From NCBI GenBank assembly GCA_945873125.1, contig CAMCBV010000007.1, forward strand, positions 5,342-69,341: 64,000 nucleotides of DNA, written 5' to 3'. The position numbers and the translations under genes are program-made. The DNA is from Prosthecobacter debontii. Lineage in GTDB: Bacteria > Verrucomicrobiota > Verrucomicrobiia > Verrucomicrobiales > Akkermansiaceae. Below are positions 63,179-64,000 of the stretch, in pieces; within the stretch, counting starts at the first letter, position 1, and every line of letters starts with the position of its first letter. Below the pieces are notes generated by a model. That model was not told the origin of the DNA, made no database searches, and saw only the letters and a list, made by a program, of their open reading frames with translations.

Positions 63179-63658
63179 TTATTTTTTTCGCGCTTGATTC
63201 ATCTTCCATGCTTCGTATTCACGCAAGTCTTGCAGGACAAGAAATAGGCAAATGCTAACAACGGCGGCGTCATCAAGTAGGCCGATCACTGGGATGAAAT
63301 CTGGAATTAGATCTATAGGGCTTAGGACATAGAGAAGCGTGAATACAATGGCGGCTATGGACCAATAGGGGATTTCACGGTATTTGCCGGTCCAATAGTC
63401 AGAAACAATGTCCAACAGAAGCTTGGCGTTATCCATGTATTCGCGAAGCGGTCCTTTTGTGAATTGTTCATTAATTTCTTTGGATTTTTTATGAACTTTC
63501 TCAATGTCCTTTTCTGTGATCTTCTTGGCTCCCGCTTCCACAATTTTGCGCGCCTTGGCTGGAGAAGGAATTCTCTTATCACTCGGCTTTGCAGTTAAAC
63601 GTTTTGTTGTCTTAGCCGGTTTGCTCGGCGATTTAGTCTGGCTGGTTGGTTTCTTCAT
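63179..63658 (-). CDS. Integron cassette ORF, YkvA/DUF1232 family membrane protein
   Basis: AAIVFTLLYVLSPIDLIPDFIPVIGLLDDAAV, with a Lys-rich N-terminus. Confidence 0.92.
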   Translation of the reverse strand: MKKPTSQTKSPSKPAKTTKRLTAKPSDKRIPSPAKARKIVEAGAKKITEKDIEKVHKKSKEINEQFTKGPLREYMDNAKLLLDIVSDYWTGKYREIPYWSIAAIVFTLLYVLSPIDLIPDFIPVIGLLDDAAVVSICLFLVLQDLREYEAWKMNQARKK

Positions 63659-63666
63659 ATTATTTT

Positions 63667-63720
63667 TCCGAACAGTATTTATTAGTAGAGTCCCACGTGT
63701 GTATATCAGGCGGGGTTAAC
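63667..63720 (-). mobile_element. attI-like recombination site at the 5' end of the array
   Basis: The core GTTCGGA (63673-63667) is complementary to R'' TCCGAAC of the first cassette. It is preceded by AT-rich TACTAATAAATACT rather than by an attC hairpin. A possible extended -10 TGATATACA is at 63708-63700. Confidence 0.6.
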
Positions 63721-63859
63721 TTCTAGATCCAATCGAAATTTCTCAATAACGACAAGGAATTTGCTAGATTGCGTGGGTACTATCAGGAATTTTTAGAGAG
63801 GTTAATAGGGTTAACGCTCTCATTCTGATATCACTTGTTACAATGTTGAAATACTGAGG

Positions 63860-63960
63860 ATGGCGACCTTGATTTGTCGGGGCAGGCAGAAGATCGCCGC
63901 TACTTACAGGCGCGGCGAGACGCCGCTAGCACGGTCTGCTGCGAGACGTAGCAGCTACTT
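63860..63960 (-). repeat. Cluster of three GTAG/CTAG-type REP-like palindromes
   Basis: AAGTAG-CTGCT..AGCAG (63936-63960), GCTAG-CGGCG..CGCCG (63912-63932) and AAGTAG-CGGCGATC..GGTCGCC (63860-63905). Confidence 0.65.
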
Positions 63961-63963
63961 TTC

Positions 63964-63999
63964 TTATGGCTCGTCTTTTTTGAAATCCTTGGTCAGGCT
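63964..63999 (-). CDS. 3' end of an unidentified gene entering from the right edge
   Basis: One frame reads ...SLTKDFKKDEP* (TAA at 63964-63966) and is followed directly by REP-like hairpins. It is too short to identify. Confidence 0.35.
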   Translation of the reverse strand, partial: SLTKDFKKDEP

Positions 64000-64000
64000 T

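Noticed and set aside
62788-63258. Plus-strand ORFs 62788-63036 and 63064-63258
   Set aside because: They are antisense to the cassette genes or read through the attC hairpin. The minus-strand orientation is fixed by the attC polarity.

Overview
This is a bacterial chromosome segment, most likely from a Verrucomicrobiota genome of the Luteolibacter/Akkermansiaceae type. That assignment is inferred from recalled protein resemblance, not from a database search. Most of the window is housekeeping genes: gltB (open at the left edge), tRNA-Ala(GGC), frr, pyrH, rpmI-rplT, cell-wall enzymes, hflX, a MoxR/Bat operon, nadC, birA, mscL, a SWIM-SNF2 helicase, a photolyase, panD, rsmE, trpG/trpE, a CBS-PPase, argS, hemC/cobA-hemD, folK, a DegP-like protease, and an ArsR-methyltransferase divergent from metK and ahcY. 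The accessory and non-coding layer is more interesting. (1) A three-cassette integron array at 62174-63673 has three attC sites. Each cassette's core site is exactly complementary to its own inverse core site, there is an attI-like 5' site, and no integrase is adjacent. (2) A four-helix-bundle gene lies between metK and ahcY, bracketed by inverted AGACAGA heptamer arrays. Many gene-less heptamer arrays and decamer-periodic inverted elements sit at other gene junctions, and some supply stop codons. (3) An HUH/RAYT-like transposase has flanking hairpins, and GTAG-type REP/REPIN copies occur elsewhere in the window. (4) A BlaI/BlaR1 pair has tandem TACA-N2-TGTA operators, and its sensor appears to be built from secretin-type N-terminal domains, including a recent 369-bp-offset duplication. 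(5) Candidate structured RNAs lie between rpmI and rplT and between the PTS IIA gene and hemC. No CRISPR array, rRNA or prophage was seen. All alignments and counts were done by eye.
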